Below the pieces are notes generated by a model. The model ran no database searches, was not told where the DNA came from, and saw only the letters and a program-made list of their open reading frames with translations. A stretch of 63,574 nt of DNA, the filler included, from Lenisia limosa (lineage: Eukaryota > Protista > Breviatea), in the NCBI GenBank assembly GCA_001655205.1. It is 10 parts of 10 records of this genome, joined end to end, with 100 filler letters (N's around TTAATTAATTAA, not from the genome) between each part and the next. Parts side by side here need not be neighbours in the genome. Positions count along the whole stretch, not along the records: positions 24,201 to 32,902 come from LPNZ01002100.1; positions 33,003 to 36,828 come from LPNZ01006765.1; positions 36,929 to 38,983 come from LPNZ01011662.1; 7 more parts are not named here. One strand, given 5' to 3'. The translations under genes were made by a program, and so were the position numbers. Of this stretch, positions 25,223 to 38,940 are shown one piece after another; positions within the stretch are counted from its first letter, which is position 1, and each line of letters begins with the position of its first letter.

Positions 25223-27965
25223 TCAGTCCTGGGCGACTGCAGTGGTACCACTAAGAATGTTAACATACCAAGATATTTTACTACTATGAAATATTGACAT
25301 GCTTTGGACAAGTGTCCTGAGTAAATCGATTCTGCACCACATCCCATTTATCGACAACTTTGTTTTGACTGGGCTGAATTGAGGCCTTTGGCAAAACAGC
25401 GTACCCTCAAGCAAAACAAATACCACATTCACCTGATCAGCTTCCCCAAGAACTGCTCCATTTAGAATGAGGTACAACATGGTTTCGGTGGAGCCATTCT
25501 GCGTTGCATGATGGAGGCAGGTCCTTTCCTGTTGGAGAAGGTCAGAAAAATATTCTATTATTACAATTTGTCATAGTTATTCACCCCCCCCCCCCCNNNN
25601 NNNNNNNNNNNNNNNNNNNNNNNNNNNNNNNNNNNNNNNNNNNNNNNNNNNNNNNNNNNNNNNNNNNNNNNNTTAAAACAACTGAATAGCATCAATGAGT
25701 ACCTACATCATTGTCAAATTTGTCGATGTCAGCACCCTTCTCAACAAGGTACTTCACGATATCCAAATGACCACAACCAGCTGCATGACTGAGGGGAGTT
25801 TTTTCCTGTTTAATGAAATTTAGTCAGTAATAGTTGAAATGAGGCTTATAAAGGGGTAACAGTTCATCACCAAAGCTGCACATTGAATGCAATAGCTGAC
25901 GTAAAAAATATTTTTCGGAGAGACTGACAAATAGTTCCATAGTAATATAAATTTCATGATTTGATAGTATTATGTAGTATTATTATCATATTATACAATA
26001 TTAAAAAATGCAGCAATTATTGGGTTACTGCGATAACCAACCCTTATATCAGCTTTGCTGATGTCAGCACCCTTCTCAATAAGGAACTTCACGATGTCCA
26101 CGTAGTCAGACATAGCCCCATGTATTAGGGCAGTATACCTCTGCTAAATAAAGGTCAGTCAAACATTCATCAATAATGAAGAATAAAGGACTAGATAAGT
26201 TGAGAAGGGGAAAAGCGAGTCTTAATTCAAACTTTTGTTGCACATACAGCACTCACCTCATTATCGGCTTTGTCGATGTCTGCACCCTTCTCAATGAGGA
26301 ACTGTACAATATCCAAGTGACCCATTTCTGCAGCCGAAATAAGGGATGAAACTCCCTGCTCAATAAATCTACGGAAAGCTGCTTATATGAAATAACAAGT
26401 GACATAGAGACATGGAAAGAAAGACCAAACGCCAAATAGCTTTCCCAGATCTTTTACTTGTTGTAATTATTGCTTATTTTGTTAAAATATGATAATACTA
26501 AGACAACATAACAATTAAAAAGGGGGTGATCTTGATGACACCCACTGAAGCTGGATGATCACTTGCTGGATGGATATTTTTTAAGATTTACAAGACCGTT
26601 TTTGTGGCTCTGAAAACAAAACCCACGAACAGGTCGGAGCTTTAAACAGACTCCTTTTGTATAAATACTGCTTGGAATATCACCCTGTTATTCACCCACA
26701 AAAACATCCGCTTTGTTGACGTCGGCTCCCTTCTCAACAAGGTACTCCACGACCTCCAAGTGGCCATGGCCGGCGGCAGCGATGATTGGTGTCATTTTCT
26801 AATTCATTAAGAAGGTTCATCATCTCCTTCACACCTCCTTCAAGAAAGTTAATTTTCTACTTCATTAAGCCATCAAGGTAATTAATATCAGATCGGCTTA
26901 TAGACCTTGGGGAGCTGTTAGTCTCAACTCCTCCAAAAATAAACAAATGACTTGTCAAGTGCATATAATCAGGTTTCATTCCAGTAAGGAAAAGAACGGC
27001 TATATACTATACTTTTCAAGGATATGTATGCATGTATAATTGAAAATTTCAATCTTTTTTCGGACCGAAGATAATACATCCAAGTAAAAAAACTATAGAT
27101 TCACCTTCGTTTCGAACAAACAGTATATTTCTCAATATTTGTCACCAATAACTGTCAATAAACAGTTGAGCCATTCACTCACCCAAGAAGAAACCGTTTC
27201 AATGTCTGCACCCTTCTCAACGAGGTAATTCACAACATCCAAGTGACCATACCCTGCAGCAAAGCTGAGGGCTGTTCTTTCCTGTCCATCGGTTATATGT
27301 GAATATGACACAACTATCACATAAAATAACGTAAATCACCTTTCAAAATATCTTCGAATGATTATTTATCACAATTTTGTCCCACTAAGAGTGATGCTAC
27401 CATACGTTCGAATTTTGAGTCGAAATGAATGGTATCATATCATTTCATGGATTATTATATTTTCACACGTAAAAATGTAACAAAAAGTGAGATGATGTTT
27501 TGGGTTTGTCATGGTGGACATAGTTTTTCATATAATTATCGAGCTTTTGCATTCCCCACCTCATTATCGGCTTTGTGAATGTCTGCACCCTTCTCAATGA
27601 GGTACTTCACAACATCCAAGTGGCCAGGATACGTGGCATACATGACGGGTGTTTTCTTCTGTTCATGTCAGCTACAAATACACAATAACACAACCATTTT
27701 ATAATTGAGCTGAATTATTAGTGAAATTATAAAAGAAATTATCGAGAAAAGGAGAGAATATGTTATCACAGAAGCAGTCATCCCATGAGTGTGTGTTATG
27801 GAATAGAAGGTGGTTTGTTTGACCCCCCCNNNNNNNNNNNNNNNNNNNNNNNNNNNNNNNNNNNNNNNNNNNNNNNNNNNNNNNNTGTAGGAGATCTTCG
27901 TTGCTCTCAATGGCCTGCTGCACTTCTTTTAGATTACCACATTGACAATCCTCTAACAGGCTCAT
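25223..27965 (-). CDS. Ankyrin-repeat protein, one repeat per exon
   Basis: MSLLEDCQCGNLKEVQQAIE, then 99-nt phase-0 exons at 27560-27658, 27183-27281, 26700-26798, 26257-26355, 26042-26140 and 25707-25805 (each like TPL..AA..GHLDVVKYLIEKGADI.KAD), then a 96-nt exon at 25433-25528. The 3' end is uncertain. Confidence 0.9.
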
Positions 27966-28531
27966 TTTCAAAATTTAGTGGAATGAAACTGTGAAAAAAA
28001 ACGAAAAAAAGCCAATAAACATACTTCGATGAATATTAATTTTATCTCCATCCATGATGATATTATAAAAAAAGGCATTTTGGGTTTGGCTGAAAACAAA
28101 GTTTTAGTAGACACACAACTTCACAACTTACTCCCCACACGAAATCAAAATAAAACTAAGGACACAGGTTGTTCTGTTTTACATACTGCAGGGGAGCAGT
28201 ATTTCACCATGCTAAGAACGCGTATGTCACAGATATGCGCTATAGCATTGTATGATGGGTAGAAGAGCGCGATGCAGCTTTCATTGTTAACCATCGGCAA
28301 CATTTCTCAACCTGCAAGCAGCCCCAACGCTTCTCACCTCTTAGACTGCTTTTAGTTGCATGTCATGGCTTTTCCATTGATAAAAGCGGCCACCCGACTG
28401 TTACCTCCGATCCTACTGACCCTCTACATCTCACTAACAAGGTTGCCATATTCATCATTTCTGACTTTCTTCATATTTTTGTTGTAAAAGTATAAGGACT
28501 AAAAATACTTCTTGACATTGATAAAACGGAA

Positions 28532-31500
28532 ATGACTGCTCCACTTTCTCTTTGGCTTATTATTCCAGCGTTATGTGGATGCTACCACTTCAGGATCCCA
28601 AGGTGAGGTTCTACTACGTTTTTATCCTTTTTAACATTGAGTGTAATTTAGTTTGAATTATGTGATATATCAATTTGCATTTCTACATATTACGCACATG
28701 ATTGGGTGGATTCTTATAACGCTTTATAGCAGTTAGCCTTCATTTCCTATTCCAAAGAAGCATCTAAAGTTTATGATTGGGTGAATTAGTATTTAACTAT
28801 GATCCAATATCTTTTATAAGCATGATGGTGTGGACGGCTTCNNNNNNNNNNNNNNNNNNNNNNNNNNNNNNNNNNNNNNNNNNNNNNNNNATTTCTCATT
28901 CTAGATATCACTTATCCTCTAGTTTCAGCAACTCTCTCCATCAACGTGGTTGAGGTGTATGAATTCCACATGGCCTTCAATGTTTCACACATGCCTAAAG
29001 AAGCTGGATATGTCATTGAAGTGAGTGGAGTGGGGATTCACATCTTTTTTAAATAGTTGTGACTGTTTCAAAAAAGACAGAATTGTTGATAGGGTATTGG
29101 ATGAGAGTATGAATGGCCAGTAGTAAATCGTGTAGCTTTGCCTTTTTGCAAACCTGTTTGTCAAATGCAAAGCTGAATAACCGCATTAAACATTAAAGGT
29201 CCAATTTTTCGATTACACAGCCCCATCTCTTTTACTCGTTTTTGCTCTTTTTCTACTCAGGCTCTAATGTTTCCTTTAGTTGATGCCAGCAGAGAAAGGT
29301 GGTACTTCAGCTATTGTTCACATTTCCACTGTTGTTGGTAGGGAAGGGGGGATCTTACAATTTAAGAATTAATTTGGTCACAATTAAGTTTCTATGTTTG
29401 ATTCACTGTGATTTTCTGCTATGTACATAAAATATACATATATCATAGTATATGTATAGATTGGATGATCAACCTGACTGAACCAGGTGATATAGCGTAT
29501 TTAGAGTTCCCTGAAACTGCATGTTCATATACGGCTGTGGTAGGGGGGGGGGGGCAACTAAACATTCTGTNNNNNNNNNNNNNNNNNNNNNNNNNNNNNN
29601 NNNNNNNNNNNNNNNNNNNNNNNNNNNNNNNNNNNNNNNNNTCTGTCTTGCTCTCCAAAAAAAAAGGGGCTGGAAGCTAATGAAATGCAGTTTTCAATAC
29701 AGCCAATATTGTATATTATTACAATTGATATCGTTTTTAAGAATGATGTTTGGAAAATTGAGGCCAGGTACTCCTTTTTCATTTCTCATAGAATACTACT
29801 ATGATTGTATATTTCATAAGTTTTTTAAATTTGGAATGAACTACTAATAAATATATTTTCCTGAATAAATGAGATATTTTATATAAAAAATCATTCATGG
29901 CGTTTTCAAGTGGGAGTTTTACCTTCTCAATAGGCCTGTAAGTTGGAGGGAGGAAGAATCTGCGGCTATCCAGTACCAATTGAAAGCCCCTCACCTCACG
30001 TATGTTTGGAAATACGGGTTGTTTCAACCATTTATAATACAAATTACAATTACGAAATAAAAAGATTTGTCGAAATTTTACACCACACTGGTATATTTTG
30101 GTTGTGAAGGGTATATTTGTATTTTGGAGGCTTTGGTATTAAGGCGTCCTTCATATCCAGTTTTGCTCTTGTTCTCTAGTAGTATGCTTGTCACCCAGTA
30201 TTCACTTTGGGAAATGATGGGTGATGGGTGTTCTCAACATCGTTTCAATATTCTTTCATGTGCAAAATGATAAAATGGGGGGGGGGGGATACCTTGCTCA
30301 TTCTAAGCCAAGCCACCCCATACTCATTTTTTGAGAGACAACATATACTATATCACATCAATTTAGATCTTGTGGTACGAAAGAATACATACTCATGGAA
30401 CAGAGAGGCTACAAAACGGACAGTGGTAACGGCGGATACCTTGAGTATCTCAGGGAGGAAATGCCAGCTGAATACACCGTTTTCGTAAGCTGGGAGTGGT
30501 TGCAGTTTTCGTAGGCTGGGAGAGATTGCAGTTAACTGTCATAATGATCCAAAAATACACCCAACAGAGAAATATATATAAATAAGATTGTTAGTTAACT
30601 ATTTGATAAAACTAGAATAGAAAGGGGGGGGGGGCTTTTACCCAAAGTGTATTAAGTAGAATGGGATAAAGCATTATCCGGCCAAAGCTGTCCGCACCTA
30701 GGGTTAATGGCTTTGTGATCAAATAGTATTTCTCAATTCTACAGATGATATCATAGTATGATATGATTTTCAAGTTCTTGGGGTACATGTTGATTACATT
30801 ATTTAATGCAATCATAATTGGAGCTCTTCTTGTTCCTCGTAAAATGATTGTTTAGGGGACTTTCAAGACTGGTAATGGAATCATGAGACTCATAGCCAGT
30901 CATTTGAACATTAATCGTGTTGAGTATTTAATCCAGCTGAACCCTAGTACGGTAAGCAGGCAAAGTGGTTGCGGCAGATAGCAACATGAGGCAATACAGA
31001 ATAAGAGGTTGTATTCATCACCCACGCACACCTCTGATTTGACTTGTAGAAACTGTTTGACTTCTTNNNNNNNNNNNNNNNNNNNNNNNNNNNNNNNNNN
31101 NNNNNNNNNNNNNNNNNNNNNNNNNNNNNNNNNNNNNNNNNNNNNNNNNNNNNNNNNNNNNNNNNNNNNNNNNNNNNNNNNNNNNNNNNNNNNNNNGACA
31201 TCCTTTTGGGAAAGGTGTAAAGATGATCCCTTTTTGATTTTGATTTGTTTTTTTTTATATCACAGACACCACCATTGGTAAATGGGTTAACATGGCGGTC
31301 ACTGTCACTGCTAGTGGAACCGCAAAGGGCTATATCAACGGTTATGCCTTCGACATCTGCACAGATCGAATTGTTATGCGCATTACCAACCAAGTGAGGG
31401 GGTATAATCCTATTTTGTGAGCAGAATAATTCAAACTCATTAAATACAAATCTAAAGTTTGAAGATAATTCTCCAGGTATTCCATAAACACAATCACCAT

Positions 31501-32221
31501 TCCCCAGCCGGAGAAAGAAAGAAGTGAATAATATAGATCTCACTGGGCTTAAAATACCATTTTTCCTAAAAGGCTCTAATGAGGACTTTTTAGAACATTG
31601 TAACTGGAGCATATTACTACCCTTCAACCAACTCGATTCGAACAACAACCACTGATCGACTTTGTCCAGGTGCGATCATGGGAGAGGTTTGTTGGGGAAC
31701 CTCTCAATGTAGAAAATGTACCCGAAATTATCATTGTGTGGAAAGATCCGATATTATAGTGAAGGAGGGGAATAACATTTGATTTGTAAAATATAGCATA
31801 TGTACGTGTATCCATCACTGTTCTCATTGTGCAAAGGGTTTGTTTCTTTGCCTGACCCCCTACCTCAGGTAGTTGTGTATAATCGTGTGTTGACCCCCAC
31901 GGAAGCTACTGACATAACTCAGCGTTCCCTGCCGTCTAGTAAAGTATGTGGGTTCGAATGAATTGAAATAGACCCGTTTTACAAATTGATATTTGACAGC
32001 TTCGACATGGCAGTCAGGTAATATGATATACGGAAAAACTATTATATCGATATACATGTAGCTATATGATATATCACACACATACTATACATATGATATA
32101 GAAAATGATATAGATTCTATATCCCAGGACTAGGTTCGCTCAACATATTACTGTTAATATATAATCTGGAACGTCGAAGACATTATCTCATTTCATAGAC
32201 TCGAGCGGCACTGGAATCTGA
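28532..32221 (+). CDS. Secreted protein with a LamG/concanavalin A-like domain (multi-exon)
   Basis: Hydrophobic start MTAPLSLWLIYSSVMWMLPL; DWMINLTEPGDIAYLEFPETAC; DTTIGKWVNMAVTVTASGTAKGYING; PLIDFVQ|VVVYNRVLTPTEATDI (the typical 'IDEVRIYNRALS.EI' end of a LamG_3 domain); ends DSSGTGI*. Confidence 0.65.
30479..30533. repeat. 26-bp tandem duplication spanning a splice donor
   Basis: gttttcgta(a/g)gctgggag...tgca x2; the first copy contains the exon end and GTAAGC donor. Confidence 0.8.
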
Positions 32222-33261
32222 AGTTGCCTTCAAAATAAACCCGGACACGTCAATGTAAGTGGCTGAAAAAATGTGATGTTTGAAGTGACGTTTGTAAATG
32301 AGGTGTTGTTAGTTTATGAGAAGTAGGCACACATATTATGTGACTTGGATGGTGTTTTATTTATTACCAATCATGTATTTTGTGAAGTGGGTCTTGGTGA
32401 TAATCAAATAATTCAAGGCAATCAAGTAGAACTCTTGAGTACAACTTTTAAGTAACTGAGTTTCACAGTCTTTTCGTCCAAATGCCTTGAAGCCATTCTT
32501 CACACTTTTAGGTTGAGAAACTCAGTTGAGGTGACTGAGCGATGCGCTGCTCCAAATTACTTGGCTGTTGTTGATTAAATGGCTCTTTCTGTAATTCGTT
32601 TTATTATTATAGCGATAGTGTATGTATTGTAATGCGTAGCAAGTTTTGACCACCTATCTCCATTCACCATTAACGTTTATATTTATATTCCCATATTTTT
32701 ATGCAGGAACTAGAAAACGAGACAAACATAAAACTGTATAATAGAATTTAATTTGTATCAAATACGGGACTTGACGAGTTCTGAAGAAAACAAAGCAACA
32801 AGAAAATACCAATAATACATACATTATCCAAAGCCCCCAAGATACATAATAAATAAGCCTAAAAAAGGACCGCCAACAAGAGGCCGATAGCAGTCCACAT
32901 CANNNNNNNNNNNNNNNNNNNNNNNNNNNNNNNNNNNNNNNNNNNNTTAATTAATTAANNNNNNNNNNNNNNNNNNNNNNNNNNNNNNNNNNNNNNNNNN
33001 NNTTTCTTGTGTTGGTGTTCACAGTTTAATATGCAATTGACACGCACGCTTGAGGCATTGTGGTATCTTGAATATATCCCCCCACGAAGACTTTAGCTTA
33101 TAAGGGACCCAGCATTTCCTGTAAAAAGATAATACCATACCATATATATTGGAGTCACAAACTCAGAACAAGAAAACAGATCAGAAAACAACAGTAACGA
33201 AAAGAAGAAAAATAGAATCTGCACATGTACCAAAAGAAAAACAACATTGAAATAGAGTCAC

Positions 33262-36200
33262 TCAGACTTCTTCGACTTCTTTGTATTTGCGAGACAACAA
33301 GCCCGACTTTCCGACCCACAAGGCTTTACTGAGCTCCCTGTCAAGATGGGGGAGCTGGTGCAAGGTTAAAGAGTTGGATTCAATAACTTATCACGTGGGC
33401 TGGAAAGCTCGTGCTTCAATTAAATTTTTATTCCAGTAAAATTGGCATAAGCGCGTTGCATCCCTAAAATACCTGCTTGATGGTGAGCGGTGGCAGCATG
33501 AGTAGCATTCTTCGCGTTCTCTCACTGTCCTCTTTCAACCTTCGTTGCGAAGGCGATAGGCCGAAAGCTGGGGGAAATTGTCAAAATAACTACAAAATGG
33601 GACACGGGGTAGTGCAAGAAGGTAGCCCCATGTTCAAAAGGAAGCCCCATGTTCAGAGTGAGCGGGTCTTTGTTGGAGTCCTTTGTGTAAATAGGACGGG
33701 ACCTCACAAGAGCCAGGAAAAAGGTCAAATCCTCCAAGATCCAACACACCGTAAAAGCCAATAATGAAGACTGCTACCAGCCCCACGGCTGCGGATTGCT
33801 CCGTCAAAAGGGAGTTGCCACCCGTGGAAAAAAACTCCTGTGCCCATATTAGATGGATGAAGGTTCCAATTGTTCATAGGTAAATAAGAAATAAAACAAG
33901 GGAGGTTCAAAAGAGATAAAGACATTGTTCTTGCCACCCCATTTAGGTTACTTTTACAATTTGTCTAATCCATCTCCCAAATGGTCTCCCACTAACCATG
34001 TACAGATCTGTTGCTCTATACAAGCCAGGCATTAACGAATTTTGACCAAGATTCCACACTTTCCTAAAAAAGGTCAACAAAGTCCGAAATAGTACAAAAA
34101 AAAACATAACATGAACAGTTTTATGCGAGTTTTGGTTTTATCTAAGATCTGGTTTTAATACAACTTAAAACCTGAAAAAAAGCCAACAAAAATCTATAAA
34201 AACAATACTGAAGCTTCCTCAGGAAAATATTGAATATTTTCAGACTGAAAAGGAAGACTATCCTTACGATAAAAGGGGGCTTGGCATGGGATACGAGGTG
34301 TTATATGGTGGACTGCAGTATATGTTCTCAGAAACCGCATCTCTTAATCGAGTCGTTACTGGGGGNNNNNNNNNNNNNNNNNNNNNNNNNNNNNNNNNNN
34401 NNNNNNNNNNNNNNNNNNNNNNNNNNNNNNNNNNNNNNNNNNNNNNTGTTTTTATTTTATCCGAGTACATCTGTTGAATACTATCCTATTCAATAGGATT
34501 AATACAGCCATTTCAGCAAATCAACCAAGAAAATCAAACATAATCCCGATGGGTCTACGGAAGGTAGGTGATGATATCACAGCATATTGGTGTCAAAAGT
34601 ATTGTCGTCAACTACGGGATTTATCGAGAAGTTAATGAAATGGATTGAATTTCGTAGACCCATTTTGAAATACAGATTCAAGCAGATATCCCCCTCATAC
34701 AAGAGAGCTGGTTGACAATATAAGCATTTATACCGGATAGCTCAGGATTGAGGGTTTCTGAAATTGTGATAAAACATGCAAAACGGTCTCACTCCTAAAA
34801 ACGTGTCAAAATATGATCTTTAGCCACCTCTCACCTTCATCACAGTTATTGTCTCCTTCCAGACAATTCTCTTCAAACATAAGCAACATCATTTCAGGGC
34901 GGTCGTTGATAGAGATGAGAGTAGTTGTTTCGTTCCCTCCTTCAATCAACATACGGTTAACTACACAAAAGGTGAAAAGCGGCGCATTCGATTATCAATG
35001 CTGAATTATAAACGATTTACTGCATTATAATGGGTGAAAGGGGTAACAAGCGGAGGCTATGAGCATGTCAATATTTAAAGAAAAGAGGACAATGGTAGTA
35101 ATGAAGTCCCAAGGAATCCACGCGACCCACAAACTTCGATGCAATTCGTACATCGCTGAGTCACTATATGCAAGAAGCATATCCCTAGAAAATGCGTCTT
35201 CATGGTACGCTGTGCGCTGGGTGTAAAGCTCATGGTTTTGGAAGAGCATCTGGAATGTCACATCGGGCTCAACTGGGTTCGGAGCCTAATCTGGGTTGAC
35301 ATATCAAAAAAGTGAATTAGTAACTCAAATAGAGCCTAATCTTGTCCGCCCCCCCCCCCCCNNNNNNNNNNNNNNNNNNNNNNNNNNNNNNNNNNNNNNN
35401 NNNNNNNNNNNNNNNNNNNNNNNNNNNNNNNNNNNNNNTTGTCTGGATATATGGTTCAATATCGTCAAGCTGACGAAGTGCAAGAACCGACAAGAAAGTG
35501 ACTGCGAGAGATAGCGCAAGGATAATAATGGCGGGTCTGGGGAGATCAGACGTTAGAAGAATGAATTTAAGACCTAACAGGAAGAGGTCCATATGTCATC
35601 TTTTTGAGTAAGGGGTTTTGCTTTTATTAATTTCTATTATATTCATGATTTTAAAAAAGCTCATCTCCTTCGCACCGAAGAATATGACTGAAAGACGGGG
35701 ATTTAGGTGAGACAACTTTAACCTGAACCAAATTAGTATCACTGCTTTGAAACAACACAATGAGATAGGGAAAGAGAAAACAAAACAAGGGTGAGTTGAT
35801 AGAGATCGAGACATCTAAGGCAGGGGTAGATTGGAACAGTAAAAAGAGAGGCTCACGTTATTCCAAGATTCTTGAGTCGAATTACAACAGGCCGTTTCAA
35901 GCTCCTCATCATGCTGATCTTTCACTGTGACAAAAGTAAAAAAAATGCCTTAATTTGGGCAAACACATCCAGACACATACACAACTACAAACACCTAAAA
36001 CCACTATCAGCTAAGGATTCTATCACATTTTGCTGTGCATTTATAGTGATATTCTATCATATTGGATGGAATATTCTTGTAACTTTCTGGATTTCTTGAG
36101 AAAGTTCAGTTCATTGGGTACTGTGATCTCCCATCCTTACATTCTTTGACATTTTCAGCATCGTCAGGATTCGAGTTAAAGTCGTCAACACTTGAGGCTT

Positions 36201-36721
36201 GCTTGAACAAACTTCGAATAACAGGCCTGGAAGAATCAAAGGTTGTCACTCATAACACTACTATAACACACCATACTTATTGATATGATATGTGATATCT
36301 GATATTATGTAAATCAACAAACATATTATGAATTTTCTCTTACCTATATAGATATTAATACTACACATGGAGCTATTGATAGATCTAGAGGTTCACAAAC
36401 CTTGGAATATGGGTAAACATCATGATAATCTTGTTTTGCTCCTTGACTATTCCCAGATGGGATGGTACAATTAAGAACAGCAGAACAATAACCTGAAAAA
36501 AAGTAAAAGTAGCGCTGTCATTCCTCCAACATCCATGTCAAAAACATAAACCAAGTGTGCCCAAGATACATAGAACATATACATATTTCTATCAAAATAA
36601 AGGGAAGCAAACACGAAACTGCCCCCCCCTACTGAAAAGATCATCATCGTGATGTAATAAATTGTTATGTCATCTTTCTGCTGGTCCATCATTCCTACAG
36701 CAGCATCGGCGAACAGTTCAC
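33262..36721 (-). CDS. C-terminal part of a TmcB/TmcC ('tiny macrocysts')-like multipass membrane protein
   Basis: TM segments followed by VKEQNKIIMMFTHIPRPVIRSLFKQ and, at the C-terminus, LSPSQRRLKEDSERTRRMLLMLPPLTIKQ. This is the 'E..RT..MLLM.P' pattern I associate with that family (recalled, not searched). 5' truncated by the linker. Confidence 0.5.
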
Positions 36722-36928
36722 CTTCATATGTCAGAACGAGTGAGAAAGGCGGATAGGAAAGTGGAACGATGAAGGGCTTGGCGGGTGATTAGCATCAAAG
36801 AGGGGTTAATGAAGGGCTTGGCGGGTGANNNNNNNNNNNNNNNNNNNNNNNNNNNNNNNNNNNNNNNNNNNNTTAATTAATTAANNNNNNNNNNNNNNNN
36901 NNNNNNNNNNNNNNNNNNNNNNNNNNNN

Positions 36929-38940
36929 CTAGTCTGGCATGATACTGCATTTGAGCTGATTTGTGCATTGTGCGTCTGCGCAACAGCATGGCGCGAATGA
37001 GCGTGAGTTTAATGTGTCTGAAAAGTGAGAAGAAGATGTAACAATTTAACTGTGCCTGTGGTTCTTTATGCCAAAACAGATTATTACTAGAGGATGCTCA
37101 ACTGTGGTTCTTTACTCCAACCCATCAACCCATAAGCAAGAATGTTTCAGGGAATCCAATCTTTCATAAAACCAAACCCTTCTATATTCTAACCAACCCC
37201 GCTCCCCCCCCCCCCCNNNNNNNNNNNNNNNNNNNNNNNNNNNNNNNNNNNNNNNNNNNNNNNNNNNNNNNNNNNNNNNNNNNNNNNNNNNNNNNNNNNN
37301 NNNNNNNNNNNNNNNNNNNNNNNNNNNNNNNNNNNNNNNNNNNNNNNNNNNNNNNNNNNNNNNNNNNNNNNNNNNNNNNNNNNNNNNNNNNNNNNNNNNN
37401 NNNNNNNNNNNNNNNNGTTACGCTAAGGTTCCTGCGTTGTATTTTTTTTTTAAAAAAAAATTCATATTTGATAATTATTATGGATTATTGAGTGAAGAGG
37501 TTTGATTCTTATTCTGCTTCTTATGGTGCGTAATTGTGTCTAAGATAAGCTAAACCGCAATGCTACACATTAATTGTATAATATAAGTAAAAATCATAAC
37601 AGAATGACCCCCTCTCCCTTTTGCCCTTCTACCCCTCACCTCTGAGGTCTGCTGTTTCCTCCCCTCCGGCGGCTTTTTGAAGCGATCATCTCGTCCACTT
37701 CAACGTTTCGCTCATATTCGACCTGAAAGGTGAGGCGGTGTAGATATCAATATATCCATGTATATAGCAATAAGAAATAAAAAAAATAATGTGATATCTG
37801 GCCGAAGCCGTGTAGCTATAGCTATACGACATATCGTAGTATAAATCCAAAATTTAAGATCGTAGGGAAGCCCTAATAATGCAAACTTGATGTTTGGGTT
37901 TTATCACGAGGAGAGATGGTCAATTAGAGCAAAAGCACAAATCATGACACTGTATTGCGAATGCTCATGCTTAATGCAATGAGAATAAACGCCCCTCCCT
38001 CGAGACACCCCAAACCTTATCCCAGTACTTCGTGATCAGCGCCTCCTGTGCTCGGAAGCCGAGGAGAATATGTCGCCACCAGCGCTATTGGGTTAATGTC
38101 ATCTTAATGCTACTTTACAATTAGGGCTTCACTTCGGTTCAAAAAGAACGAGGATTTATCGAGATTTGCAGTCTGTCTTCGAACCGAAGTGAAGCCCTAC
38201 CTGACAATAGATATGGCACACAGAATTTGGTAAAACCAAACACAACATGATACTGTCTGCTAACCCATTTTCTGACAAAGCAAGAATTAGTCAGATTTTT
38301 GATGCAACTGCCGTGAAAAGTTTAACACCCCCCTAGCCTCTGATTTGATCCTCCAACCTGTAATTTGATCATTTGGTTGCGGTATTGCCGAACAACGACT
38401 GAGATTTGCTGCGACTCAGCAACCGCCTTAACGGTAACAGGAAATGTGGGAGGATGGACGGAGGGAGGGTATAAAAAAAAAAAGAGAACCAGTCCACCAG
38501 TTTCACTTCGCTACAAAATCCAGCACACTTTGAGGTAATTTCTGATTACATGTGAAGCCTTATTCTTTCGTGACAGCCGCAACTGAAAAGTAAACGTGGG
38601 GGCATATTATGTGCTAAACCATGTATATACATAGCTAACTATGACAATAATCATAAAATACTGAATGAATCTGAAACAAAAAGAAATTATGTAAATCACA
38701 ACTGGGATCTATTGTTACTTTTCAGTACATAAATGCCAAAAACAAGAAATATTCTTGCAGGTATTCAAAAGGTTTATTCTGAACACATGGCATTTGCATG
38801 GTGCCACATTAAACTCAGGAATATCTACAAAAAGCTGAAACACTACCCCCCCCCCAAACCCTCAGCAAGAAGCGTCGGACCGCCCGCGAAATAACCTTAC
38901 AAGCCCAGTCCTTCCGCTCAGTCATCTTCTGCCGCATGTA
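36929..38940 (-). CDS. IQ-motif-like helical protein fragment (possibly ciliary)
   Basis: Phase-0 exons YMRQKMTERKDWACKVISRAVRRFLLR|LRLSRKNKASHVIRNYLK|AVAESQQ...NQMIKLQ|RWWRHILLGF...|VEYERNVEVDEM. Confidence 0.55.
37761..37812 (+). mobile_element. Family-2 dispersed repeat head
   Basis: tatatagcaataagaaataaaaaaaataatgtgatatctggccgaagccg. Confidence 0.7.
38122..38199. mobile_element. hAT-type MITE, internally shortened
   Basis: TAGGGCTTCACTTCGGTTC...GAACCGAAGTGAAGCCCTA, perfect 19-bp TIR. Confidence 0.9.

Noticed and set aside
30944-31648. 234-aa minus-strand ORF
   Set aside because: It is the antisense shadow of plus-strand LamG exons, extended through an N gap.
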